A DNA stretch of 64,000 bases from Rhynchopus sp. YZ270_cl-10 (lineage: Eukaryota). Shown piece after piece: positions 21,501 to 31,000 of this stretch. The notes under the pieces are model-generated. The model was not told the DNA's origin and ran no database searches. It saw nothing but the letters and a program-made list of their open reading frames with translations. Both the position numbers and the translations under genes were made by a program. Positions within the stretch are counted from its first letter, which is position 1. Each line of letters starts with the position of its first letter. The stretch lies in assembly GCA_964035575.1 (NCBI GenBank), contig OZ037842.1:744001-808000 (forward strand). The letters are read 5' to 3'.

Positions 21501-21969
21501 CGCACCGACAATGACCGCAATGAGGACCAGCTTTCAACAACAAAAGCCATCAGCTATCCTGTGCGAATTAAAGGAGGGGTCGGCCAAAAAGGGTGCATGG
21601 AAGGAAGCATCCGCCAGGAAGAGGAGGGAACAGGCGGAGCAGCGCGTCGCCGAAAAACGCGCAGAGAAGGCTGCGGCCAAAAGGCGAGCACCCACCGCCC
21701 ACCCAGCAGGATCTGACGCCCCTGTGGAGGTAGCTTCCTGTGCGAGGTATGGAGAGACTGTGCCCGCCAGTGTAGATGAGTGGCGGAGGCACTTCTACCC
21801 CGAGCGTGGGCAGAAGCAGGGCAGCACCCCCCTGAGTCCGGAGAGAGCGCTGCAGGACCTGCAGGAGTGGTGGGAGGAGAGGCAGGTGAGCGGTGACGGG
21901 AGACGGGAGAAGAGAGAGACGGAGCGGTTCCGGAACGCCAAGGAGCTGCTCCGTAGGATGGCTGCTTAG
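15559..21969 (+). CDS. Retrotransposon polyprotein: leader/TM - OTU - ZnF - reverse transcriptase - CCHC/RLE endonuclease - OTU - ZnF
   Basis: RT motifs SPGPFG, RPISAG..LRR, DYENAFN, QQGDPAGPLLF, YLDD (18760-71), LGAPIG; RLE motifs CRQC..H..AC, RHN, PADL, IDVTV, K..KH, ETTGG; OTU motifs GNC...WG...HY and GDC...WA...GHY. Confidence 0.93.
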   Translation: MGRWRAQIWAVVLLCGALDADGGRVSCSTSSSINNSSNSITRGGSSCSSINNSSCRTNRSINGSGSSNYSSCSSINNSSCRTNRSINGSGSSNSSSSISRGGSRCNSSSGSSNSGGNSTITNSCSGANRGGSRGNSNTCGGYNSNSTRNCYHSNPHPPPPHNNPKKRHLMPNHISSCNCDSSRNEPLGVLGGAPVSPRLRSEGEGGEGDGGSSSNHNEGNCSSNRSSNSNSSYRRGNSSGDPSWGGGGCGKGPRGWVSRAGTSAQPLILWRHSQGLVAMMDEILQWFPVTQTMLPSYEQVARWTTIVGAMWVYALVMAVMVSGLLFPPRRPRRYRRHWRRRSRRFFLIYKRSAERWQSRKQGTVRMEPGAMRGGADDGNVLGKAEVDALLERNGGKRIANDMQGNCMYVSLMGKMGSYLDVANERKELARSALTTEKKRGLRRHFDTEAEFSTWVAGVEGDAWGDLLTLHHIAMTWSLTILVVQPGACPMVVVNRERQSKKKTQKKKPREVRVISLIGEHYEQVQMDPAQASALANAAPIAELIPSRLAVSPIPGMTKDATSPLEGDSPLLYCPVPCCQGSRFHRDIPLSGPGLRAHIAGHLAEGDHIPHDTLRKFGLGQCGVCDGIRAAKNETCLQCSRLVQAVPRPSPTIRTPAQEVDDRDMPDWYEIAAAPIPTHDTVPKAIDRAAAVEFAKVLEDVAGCNDENSWKRLCMFAKLVLSRKRGGANISKKVVAQREAEVTEWSQGEIAAMWSAATRSLPGRGPGKERKEPTKEEREKACVTEVRNGRLAAGMSRLHKGGTAPVTIETTAKLRAKHPEEAPQVANTTAHVALEPLKPIDALKAIKSMSKGSSPGPFGLRGDHLKEWMVKHPDLNLLPLMTLVLDLLRRGQAPPEAAEFLAGATLVALKKGETDVRPISAGNTLRRVVSKIEVGSVRTQARDKLLPGRQVGVAVDGGLEAATMVVADYVKRNLGKNKVIVLVDYENAFNSIHRSTFLAATRKYLPTISPWIEWCYGRPTSLLHGDDLIQSQRGAQQGDPAGPLLFSLGIKELTEEVKAMPGIDASLWYLDDGTIMGPPEAVGRALKLVQERSLAMGLRVKLAKCEVIALGQQTPRDLAQAGLPVCAHGYPDDGACAACEGKAMKVQYGGFAFLGAPIGDDEFCESYMDKQVKEFAEQLRLLKDLKDVQVGLTLLRQCEGFARMVFYMRAIGHACTHQYLKEYDKEVDAALASLMGDTEGLLPEMARRQAALPCRAGGMGVRRIRDHWTAAAMGSRSGLHELCKVLDPEFQWDAEGWKETATEHNRHVAEADKVDPLVRPATPVRQRELSAGILEEQLRRLYLEGDAADRARMNSLSLPHAGAWLMAPPTWEHHIPPEQFQAVCRIRMHLPLFADGVQCRQCGQAMDARGDHIFACKMGGHRILRHNAVRDFVYSVANEAGLGPTLEPQHLVLGNKKPADLFLSTGVGESRGRAIDVTVWTPTCKSMVQGAAVAKGYTATKAEAAKRGKHQAACIAARITFTPFALETTGGFGPAASTIWTQMLRFAADRKLGSKQEMSRRWAWGMGTTLQRMIGKSAMDRGCLRGDTAGALRERIEVDVAPLPGEDEHFRLPPDHLPPIDYAPDDGLFDIDVSALNPEEPAEHPDPPPCPNPADGSATRPQTFHEELWNTLGMTVPTVTVPFTVGDCAFDAVRWLLREWRDISSGDLRKLAVTRVKQDRDLANSAEPTFGSWVRWMSVEGSPDTRSWADVTALAGLSRALQIVVAVVRADSKTTFLRPAAAPRGAIALLHEGPVGAGHYSPLVVGAVARGMMMKMEPQIPPVEMQCMNTGTLSYMGDRQDRDGEMVTCEGCAAVFEDSIAHWFCSACPLKWCTNEACAGEGAKCAARRRRATTTPSTSTTSQGGSFYNNSNPAPPLAEVEIKEEELDEAFESSRMEMERRSNSNSNSNNNNNSNNYNDTNTDNNDDDVADTNHDTNMTENAAPTMTAMRTSFQQQKPSAILCELKEGSAKKGAWKEASARKRREQAEQRVAEKRAEKAAAKRRAPTAHPAGSDAPVEVASCARYGETVPASVDEWRRHFYPERGQKQGSTPLSPERALQDLQEWWEERQVSGDGRREKRETERFRNAKELLRRMAA

Positions 21970-22198
21970 GAGGAAAGCGGCCAGCATTAGATTCGTTTTT
22001 AGACCCCCCCCCCCCCCCCTTTTCTTTTGTGTGTAGCAACACTCGTTTCTTCCCTTTTCTTTTCCCCCACCCCTCTTCTTTAGAGACCTGTTTGTCTAGA
22101 TTTTTGCTGAACTGCATCTAGTCCTCGCTCAGAATGGCCGTGAGTGACGCAAGGACTCGTGAGTAAGATGATGTGTTTGGTAATCTGTGAATTCCCTT

Positions 22199-22231
<33 letters not shown>

Positions 22232-22781
22232 AGCCCCTCCCATACGAGTTCCATGAGTGACCGCTAATGGCGTTAATTACCCTATCAAAAAAGACTACAA
22301 GGACAAAAAGAACAAAAAGGACGCTTGTTGTGACAAGAACGGAACTTCGTATTGTAAAAAGAAAACATCCCCCCCCCCCCCCTCCAGAACCAGCTGGGTA
22401 CCAAACTGGAACGCTAAGTAAAACCACACTGACTGGACAGTCTGTCTTCTCCCCTGCCTCTCCCATGTTAATACTCCATTTTTCCTCAATTGTCAATGGT
22501 GCTGACTGTGCTGATGACAATAACAATCCATCTCTAGTTTTGTTCACTTTTGTGCCTCGTTCTAACTAACCGGCACTGTACAGATTGTAAGACATCTGGC
22601 CCTCGCTTCGCTCGGACCAAGTGCTTTTCATGTGCATAGTAAACGTACCCCCCTCGCCCTGTCCAGTTTGATGTGGAAAAAAAAAAAGTCGAGCCTTGGG
22701 CTAAGTTGAACAACACCAAAAAAAAAAAAAAAAAAAAAACAAAAATCTAAAGGTCTAAGTCTTCTAGAAAGTACGGGAATG

Positions 22782-23483
22782 TTATCTCCCGAGGAGGTGC
22801 GTGCGTGCGCGGGTACGCGGGGAGTCACTTTGGCCTGAGGTCATATCGAAGGTCATCATCACTGGGGCACTGCAGGGTTTGGGGGTGTCACCCATGACTA
22901 CGTCGCGCTGTGCGCGTGGGCGGACGTCGCTTACGTCGACTTCGAAGGCTGCAGATGACTTCTTCTGCACCAAGCCTGCTGGGCCGACGGACATAGGGTC
23001 GGTACCTGCTCCGGTGTTGCGCTGGTGTTTGATGAAGTCGCGTATGGAAGAACCAGACGCAGCGGGGGCACGTGTCCGCGCAGGCGCAGACGCCTGACCA
23101 TTCCTTGCCGCCAGCCGCTGCTTCTGCTTCTCCTCATCCCTCCGCTCCTGCAGACTCCTGCGCGTCTTCGTCGCAACCGTCTGCGGCGGGGACACATCAT
23201 ACGAGGCAGGCATGCCCATGTGCTGCTGCTGCATCGCATTCTCGTCGCGATGCATGTCATCCCTACACGGCGTCACTGCGCGGGCACGTGAACGTGGATT
23301 CAAAGCAGCCGGCTGCTGTCCAAAGGAGGTGCGTTGGTTGCCAAGATCGGGGCGTGCTGGTGTGGAGCGGAGTCCGTCCTCCATGTCCATGGTGGCGGGG
23401 TGGCCGAAACTCTGCTGCTGCATCTGCTGGTGCTGGAGCTGTTGATGTTGGTGTTGTTGGTGTTGTTGATGCTGTTGGTGCAT

Positions 23484-23545
<62 letters not shown>

Positions 23546-24764
23546 ACTGTTGCTGTTGCAACTCGAACTGTTGTTGCTGCTGAGCGTACTGCTGTTGCTG
23601 TAGTTGTTGTTGCTGCAGCTGTTGTTGCTGTTGCTGCTGCTGCATGTACCAGTCCCTTTGCATAGCCTCCTGCTGCTGCTGCTGTTGCTGCTGTAGTTGC
23701 TGCTGTTTCTGCTGCTCCTGCATCTGTTGCATCTGCATCACCCTCTGCCGCTCCTCCTCCTGCCTCATGTGCTCTTGGTGCTGCTTTTGCAACTGCTCCC
23801 TCTGCATCGCTTCCTCTCTCATGCGCATCGCCTGCCGCTCTGCCTCCTGCCGTTGCGCGTACTGGCGCTGCATCTCCTCCTGCTCACGCTGCTGCTGCTG
23901 CTGTTGCAGGGCTATCTGCATTTGCATTTGCTGCATCTTTTGCTCATGCTCTTTCTGCAGCTGGTTCTCGCGCTCCTTCATCTCCTTTTCGTGCTGCTGG
24001 ATGATGAGCTTCTGCCTGTCTGCCTCTGTTTCAATTTCACTTTCTTCCTCTTGCCTCTTTGGCTCTGTTACCACGGAGTCGTGCGACGGCGCACGGGAGG
24101 GATAGTCTGACTCTGGGTCTCCTGTGGATGCAGCTGAGCTGTGCGTCAGACAGTAACTCTCTGAGCCTGATGCCGACGCTGTGGACAGAGGCGACACACC
24201 TCTTGACGGCGGGGGTGTGGCCTTGCGCATGGAGGGTGCACGGATGGGCACCACTGCCACCTCCACCTCCTCCTCTTCCTCCTCAAAGCGGAAGCGCCGC
24301 ATCGGGTACGTAGGGTTGGTCTCGACCTCCACAGGCGCAGCCCTGGACACACTGCTGCCAAGGCTGCAGCGGAACTTCGAAGGCGTCATGTACGTGGCGA
24401 CACGCTGCATCAGGTCCTTCATGGGAGTGTCCATCCTGCGCACAGAGCGTGCCGCTGCTGGAGTGGACGGTGCTGTCGGAGAGCCTCCCTTCGCAGGGGT
24501 GACGGGCAGGGTGTGCTGGTCCTCCGCCTCCTCGGTGAGAACGTAGTGCTTCAAAACGTGGTTCACAACACCCCAGAAGTAGCACCCAAACACAGTCCAC
24601 AGAAGCTGGCGTGCCAAGCAAAATACACGTGCCACATGACGCCACACTGCCCGACACAGCCCACCCTCCAAAGCGCAAACACCTTCAATAATGTGAGGAA
24701 GCATATAATACATAGAGATGCCTGCGATCAGCAGCGGCCATGCTTCCAGCGTATCCCACAGCAT
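22782..24764 (-). CDS. Hypothetical protein with hydrophobic N-terminus and poly-Q coiled coil
   Basis: Long GC-rich ORF with ATG at 24764 (MLWDTLEA); CAG/CAA repeats at about 23410-23960. Confidence 0.8.
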
Positions 24765-25056
24765 CTTGGGGGAGGGGGGGGGGTGGGGCTGGAGGGTGTG
24801 TTGGTGAAAGGAGGCAAGAGAAGGCGGGAATTGTTCTGACAAAAAAAAAATCATCACTAATATTTTGGGCAATTTGCGGGTAAATGGTTAAACATGCACA
24901 AAAAAAAGGCGAAGTCGACAGTGCAAACGCCTCTGGGACACAGGCACTGACACTCCGCATATCGAGAAAAAGAAAAAAAAAACTGCAAAACATTGCGAAG
25001 ACGACCTCAACCTCACCTTTCAAAAGAAAGGATAGAACAAACACAGATTTTTTTTT

Positions 25057-28000
25057 TCACCGAACACCGTTTCTCTTCCTCGAATGCCCCGCACCCGCAG
25101 AGCTTGGCCTCTGTGGTATATTCCTCTGCACGCTTTGTGGACGCACCCCCATCGAGGTTGTCGGACGGGTGAAGGTTTCCCGCACCATCTCCTCCTCCTC
25201 CCCCCCTTCTCCTTCCCCTTTGAGCGAGGTGCAGAGACTGGTGGCACGGTGCAGGAGGTTTTGGCTTCGCGGGTAGAAGGTGCCGTGTGGCTCTTGAGGG
25301 TTTTTGATGAAGAGAGGGACTGTGACGGAGGCGTTCCAGCGTGCACGCTCTGATGAGCAGTAGAGCTGTGGGATGCCTTCTTTGTAGAGGTGGAAGGGGC
25401 TGTGAAAGGGAAGGGGTGTTGAGTCGAGGGCGGTGGGGGATGGGAACACCCAGTTGTAGTCATGCCGTCTCCAGACGGCGCGTGGGTCGTTCAGGTTACG
25501 GCAGCTGGCAGCAAACCCTGTGCGTTCAGTGACCTGCATGCCCGCAGTCTTGAGAGTAGAAAATGAAAGTGCATTGCTATAGGCACTCTTCCCAAAAGCA
25601 CTGCAGCACCTCACCTTCACCTTATAAGATTCTCCAATATTCAAATTCGTCAAAAAGTATCCATTAATTCTAACCCGTGCAATCTCCGTCCATGTCTCCA
25701 ACTCTGCCTGGAACCCAGAAATGTTCAACAACATAACACTGTAGTGGACTTGGTTGTGCAGGCCAACATCTGCCGGGGGGGACCACTTCAACAGCGCAGT
25801 GGTGTGCAGCATGTCTGAGAGGATGAGGCCAGTTGGGACCCTTGGCGGAGGTGGTGTGTTGAATGAGAAGATGGGGGAAGGGCGAGAGGAAAGGTCGACA
25901 GGGTTTCCGGTGATTGGGTCGGTGATGTTGGTGGAACAGACGGTGCGGAGGCGGAAGAAGTAGGACTCAATAGAGACCGAGTCGTGGAGCTTGATGCGGG
26001 CGAAGGGTTGTGACACTTCGATGAGGGGTTTGAAGCTGCCGATGCACACTCCGCTGCGGTCCTTGCCTTCTTGCTCGCGTCTCGCAGCCTCAAGCACATA
26101 GCGATACAGGCTAGAGTTTGTCAGAGCGCTTGCGCACGGTGCTGGGGGCGGTTGCGGGCCAAAGCTGTTCGGCATCTGCTGTGCCTGTGTATATTGTATG
26201 ACAAGTGAGCACGTCGCAGCTAGCTTGCTCAGAGCAGGGTTAGTCGGCCGCTTCCCATCGTTCATATCATCAATGACTGTGCCCAAATGCCGCTTTGCAT
26301 ATTCCCTAAAGGCAGGCAGGCCATACTGCGAGGTGTCCTCCAGCGACGAAAAGGAGATGATGCTTGGCGCCACCTCGCTGGCAACGTGCTCCTCCTCCTC
26401 CTCCGCTGCCGCCTCCGGTACGGGCGCTGTCTTGACCCGCACCTTAGGTGGCTGCGGTGTCGGTGCTTCGTCCAGCTGCGAAAAGTAGTCTGTCGGAGGC
26501 TTTACATTCAGCTCGGACCCGGACGGCGACCGCAGCCACTTCTTGACAGCCACGGGGATGTCGTTCACGTCTTCCTCAATGATGATGGGTCGTTCCTCTG
26601 TCTCAGGCTCGGGTTCAGTCGCAGGAGCTAATGCTGGATCAGAAGATGGCGGTGCAGGCGTCTTTACCGCCTCCTCCACCCCGCTCACATCAGCGGCCTC
26701 GATCTGCAGCGCATCGTACGCATCATCCTCACGCTTCCTCCGGTACATATCTGTGAACGACGTCTGCCGTGCGCCGATGTCCCAGGGCGACTCGAGCTTC
26801 CAAAAAAATGATACATTTGAATCGCGGTGTTCGTAGAGGACTGGCGCGGTGGGACGCTGTGGGGTGGTCGAGACGACGAGGAGGTCCTGCCACTTCGCCC
26901 ATTCTTGTGAGGGGCCGAGACCGACCGCTTCGGGGTCCTCTGTTGTGTTGCCTTTGTGGATGAGCTCGGACACCTTTAGGACATAGAGCTGGTTGAGCGT
27001 GAGGCCTTGGATCAGCAACCGCGTGCTTGATGTGGGATTGATGCGCAACTTGTCCGGCGCAACCCACTCATTCACAGCAAGCGTGTAGGTAAGAACTGTA
27101 GACAAGGACCGCAGTCGCGCCACCTCGACCACTGCGTACTCCTCCGCAGCAGTCAGCACCTTGGCTTCCAGTGGAGGCAGCGTTTCGAAGTTGCCAAGAA
27201 CAGACCACCGGTCCCATGTGTACTTCATATCCTCCGAGGGCACAATCCTCGCAATAGCGGTGTACCTCCGCCCGCTGCTCAGCCCCCGCACAACATTCTT
27301 CTGCACGCAACCTACCGTGGAGGCAGAGATGGTGATTGGTGCTGTGCTGGTGGCGGGAATGCAGGACTGGTCGTTTGTTGTTTGGTATTGGCTCCACCCT
27401 TCGTCGGCGTGGTCGAAGACACGCACTTCGAATGTCTCTGTGTCCTCTTCTGGCTCTTCAGGCTCTGACGGCGTGGGTTCTGACTCATGGCCCTTCTCCT
27501 CCCCCTCCTCATCTTCCTCCTCTTCCTCTTCGTCGGTGCCCCTCTCCGAAACCTCCTTCTGTTTGCGAAAACAAGACAAACAACAATACGTCGACCCAAC
27601 AACAGTGAACACCAACATCAACGGAGGTTTTGTCGTAAAGTGGATAACACCAGACCATCTTGACCATGCCCCTTCACGGGAAGTGGTGTGGTGGTGGGAC
27701 CGAACCTTCACACGATAGTTGTTCTCCGGGACAAGCTGAGGAAAGATGTGCGACGTCGCTGATGCTGGCAAGGTGATAAGCGACTCCTTCATAACAATAT
27801 CCTTTGAGAACGACGACAATACATCCGCCTCCGATGACGAAAGCTTCCCTGTAATCGCAAGCTGCCAGCTTGCGACCTTGCTCATGCTGCTTGCATACTC
27901 TTCTGGGGCGATCTGTGGGTTCTCCTCTGCCCTACGCTCCCATGAAATTGCGGCATATGTTTCACTAACCATCCCGAGCGTGGTGCCTATCAGACCCTGC

Positions 28001-31000
28001 GTCACCAAGGGCAGGACGGGCGACCATTTCCCCCTGCACTCTCCATCAATGATGCGCCGCATGGAGACGCCGTACGTGGAGTGCGGGTCTAGGTCGTACA
28101 GAATAAAGGTGGAATCGTTGCTGGGGAGCAGGTTCGCGGTGATGGACCCATCGTAGCCAGAGCGTCCTGAGCCTTCGAGGGGGAGGCGTGATACGCGGCA
28201 TTCTTCTTCGTAGTAAGGTGGGTAGACCTCGTCGCTGCAGTCGTATGTGAGGTGCATGGGTGGTGTGGCGGAGCTTGTGGGCGGCGTGTCTGCAGCGTTG
28301 GGTGTCTGCTGTGCAACAGCAGTGTTGATGATGGGTGCGCCTGCTTCAATTTTATGTCTCCAGGCAAGCTCCTGTTGTTGCAGTGGCGTACCTTTGTTGG
28401 CACCAGGTGGTGGCAAGACAGGGTTGTGCAGGATGTACTTCTTCGTCGCGGAGTAGTAAGGAATGATTCGGAGTTGGAACGACGTCACGCATGTATCGCT
28501 CAGCTGTAGGACAGTTGTTGTATGTGAGATGTCGTCGTCCTGTGTAGGAAACTGCCGCTCCAGCATGTGCACAATGCTCGACGCTTTTGGGACCGAGATC
28601 TTGCATGAGTCCTCCCCCACATCGCCAATGGTCACAACCAGCGAAGGTGCCGTCCAAATAGCAAGGCAGTTCGATGGTTCGCCATAGATGTCCTCGCCTT
28701 CCGTCCGCTCCTTTTCCTTTTCCTTCTCCTCCTTGTCTTTGTCCTTCTTCGCTTTCTTGTCTTTCTCTGCATCGCGCTTGTGGGCATCCGCCAAGGCCAC
28801 AGCCTGACGCACCTTCACCTTATATCGAAAGCCAGGTTTCAGATTTTCAAAAGTGTGCTGCCGATCGTGTGGCGGCTTTATGACGGACGACGGACGCTGC
28901 ACTCCACCGGCAAAGGGTTGCGTGCCCTTCGAGAAGTAGTTCTCGAGAAGGCTGAGCTCGTATTCGTGGTGGAAGTCGTACGTCTTGTCGAGATACTTCG
29001 TGAGTTCGGCCATGTCGTGTGGAACGTTCCTTGATTGGCTGAAGATGCGCTCCGAATGCCCTTCATCCGACGCTGCGGGGTCGACGTGTGGGTATGGGTA
29101 CGGCCGCAGCCAGGACACTGATAGGAAGTCCTCCCCGACACCTTTCAGGTCAAGGCATAGGTAGCCTAGTGTACGGAAGTGCACTGTGCGACTCCACTGC
29201 CCCCAGTGGAAACGGTCGCCGTTGACTAGCTGCGGGCGGAGGGCAAGGGTGTACTCGCATTGTGGGAGAAGACCGTTGACGACACCTGACAACATCGATG
29301 TTGGCGCGAAGGCGGTGATGGTAGGTGCAGAGTCATGCTTCGTGACGTTGACGAGACTTACCTCAAAGAGCTTGATGTCCTTTGCACCGGTTTCGCCTTC
29401 GTCAGAGGCGTCCTTGCGGCCAGCTTCGTGCAGCTCCACATAGCGCAGGTGTGTCGCTGCCTCGCTAGGCGTCAGCACACCGATGTCTATGTCTGCAGGA
29501 GCAGCCGTGTCTGCCCTGTCGGTCTCACTCGCCTCCATCTGCACACACACAATCTCTGCAAACTCCTCACCGACCTTGTACATGACAGGGTCAAACCGCC
29601 GCACCAAAGCCACTGCCGCAAAGCGTTCAGACCAACTCCACGACACAACCTGACTGGCGCAGTCCTTGTCAAGATAGCAGTACTCTGTCAGGACCATGAA
29701 GGCACGGTACCTGTCGTAAGGAAGCCCTTCCAAGGTGTGTGTGTTTAATGTAGACGTCTTCGCTTCAGGCGACCACGTGGCGATCGTCTTGCTTGAGGAG
29801 CCTGCAGTGAGAATGGACGACAGCATGGGGCGGTAGCTGTCGGTTGCAGTGCGCCGTTCGGAGTTGACATCCCACTGCAGGCTGAAGCCGCCGTTGCCCA
29901 CGTCACGCACGCTGAGCTGGTTGTAACGTGAGGCGATGTAGTGGTGCTCGCTCCATGAGCCCCACTCGCCATCGTGCAGGTCGCTCTTATGCCGCCCAGG
30001 CAAACACATGCGTATCTTGAAGCCTGTGTACATCCCAGGCTCAAAGAGGGTGAGACGGAAGCCCAAGTTCTCCTCTTCCCCACTCTCACTCGTCTTCTTC
30101 ACATAGTCCTGCGTGCTGCACACAACCGTCCGCGACTGCCCCTCATTGCTGTGCAGCTTAACCTGGTACCGCACTTCTTCATAGCACCGGAAGGTGTGCA
30201 GCCGGAGGTGCCCACCCTTCTTGCAGCGTTGCTCCTCCTTCTGCAGGGCCGTCTGCACAGGGAGGACGTAGAAGTCGCGTATGTCAAAGGGCGATAGTTG
30301 CAGGTGCGTTACATGCAGCGATGGTGGCGACGGTGTAGTGAAGTACGTCACCTCCGAAAACGGCATCCACCCGACAACAGGCCGCTTGCACCGTATGCAG
30401 ATTGCATAGCGGCTGCCCGGCTCCAGCGACGCCACCAACGTAGCGTACGATGACGTCGTCACCTCAATCACCACCTGCTCCTCTGTTGGCGTCAACGGCG
30501 ACGCAGACAGCGGGGACGTGATGTACTCCGACTCCATGTGCTGCAGCAGGCCGCTGCTCTCTCGCTCAAACGTCTTCACCCGCTCCTCATCGGCCCAGTT
30601 GTCAGGTGCCTCGCTGACACCTAGGTCGAGCTTGAGCGTCTTTATGAGGTATGGAATCTTGGTGTTCTTCTCCTTCAGTTTCTGCAGCACTTGCATCTTA
30701 GACTCCAGTGCTGTCAGCTGCCGCTGGCTGTCGGCGTACTCCTTGTCCCCGCACGGTGGTGCACCGAGTCTGTTCCACTCCGAGAATGCAGTTGAGATGG
30801 CCTGCAGCCTGGCGAACTCCTCCATGTCGACGTTGGACCATGAGATGCGCACTGCCGTCTCCTGCAGCGACACCACGGACAAGTACTCTGCAGGGTTCAC
30901 GTCCTCGGTGGGGTCGCTTTCTGCCTCCTCCTGCTCGTCTTCGTGGTCGCTCGCTGTCTTTTGTGCAGTCGCCTCGTCTGCTGCAACAGGCTCGAACGGG

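Larger units (their letters stand above)
15336..22292 (+). mobile_element. Full-length CRE-clade (RLE-type) non-LTR retrotransposon
   Basis: Starts at the ribozyme G+1 straight after an A20 run; one intact 2136-aa ORF; structured 3' UTR ending AATTACCCTATC(A)6. The 3' boundary is inferred. Confidence 0.9.

Noticed and set aside
15300..22330. Spliced-leader RNA gene as the CRE target
   Set aside because: No SL-like sequence recognisable in either flank
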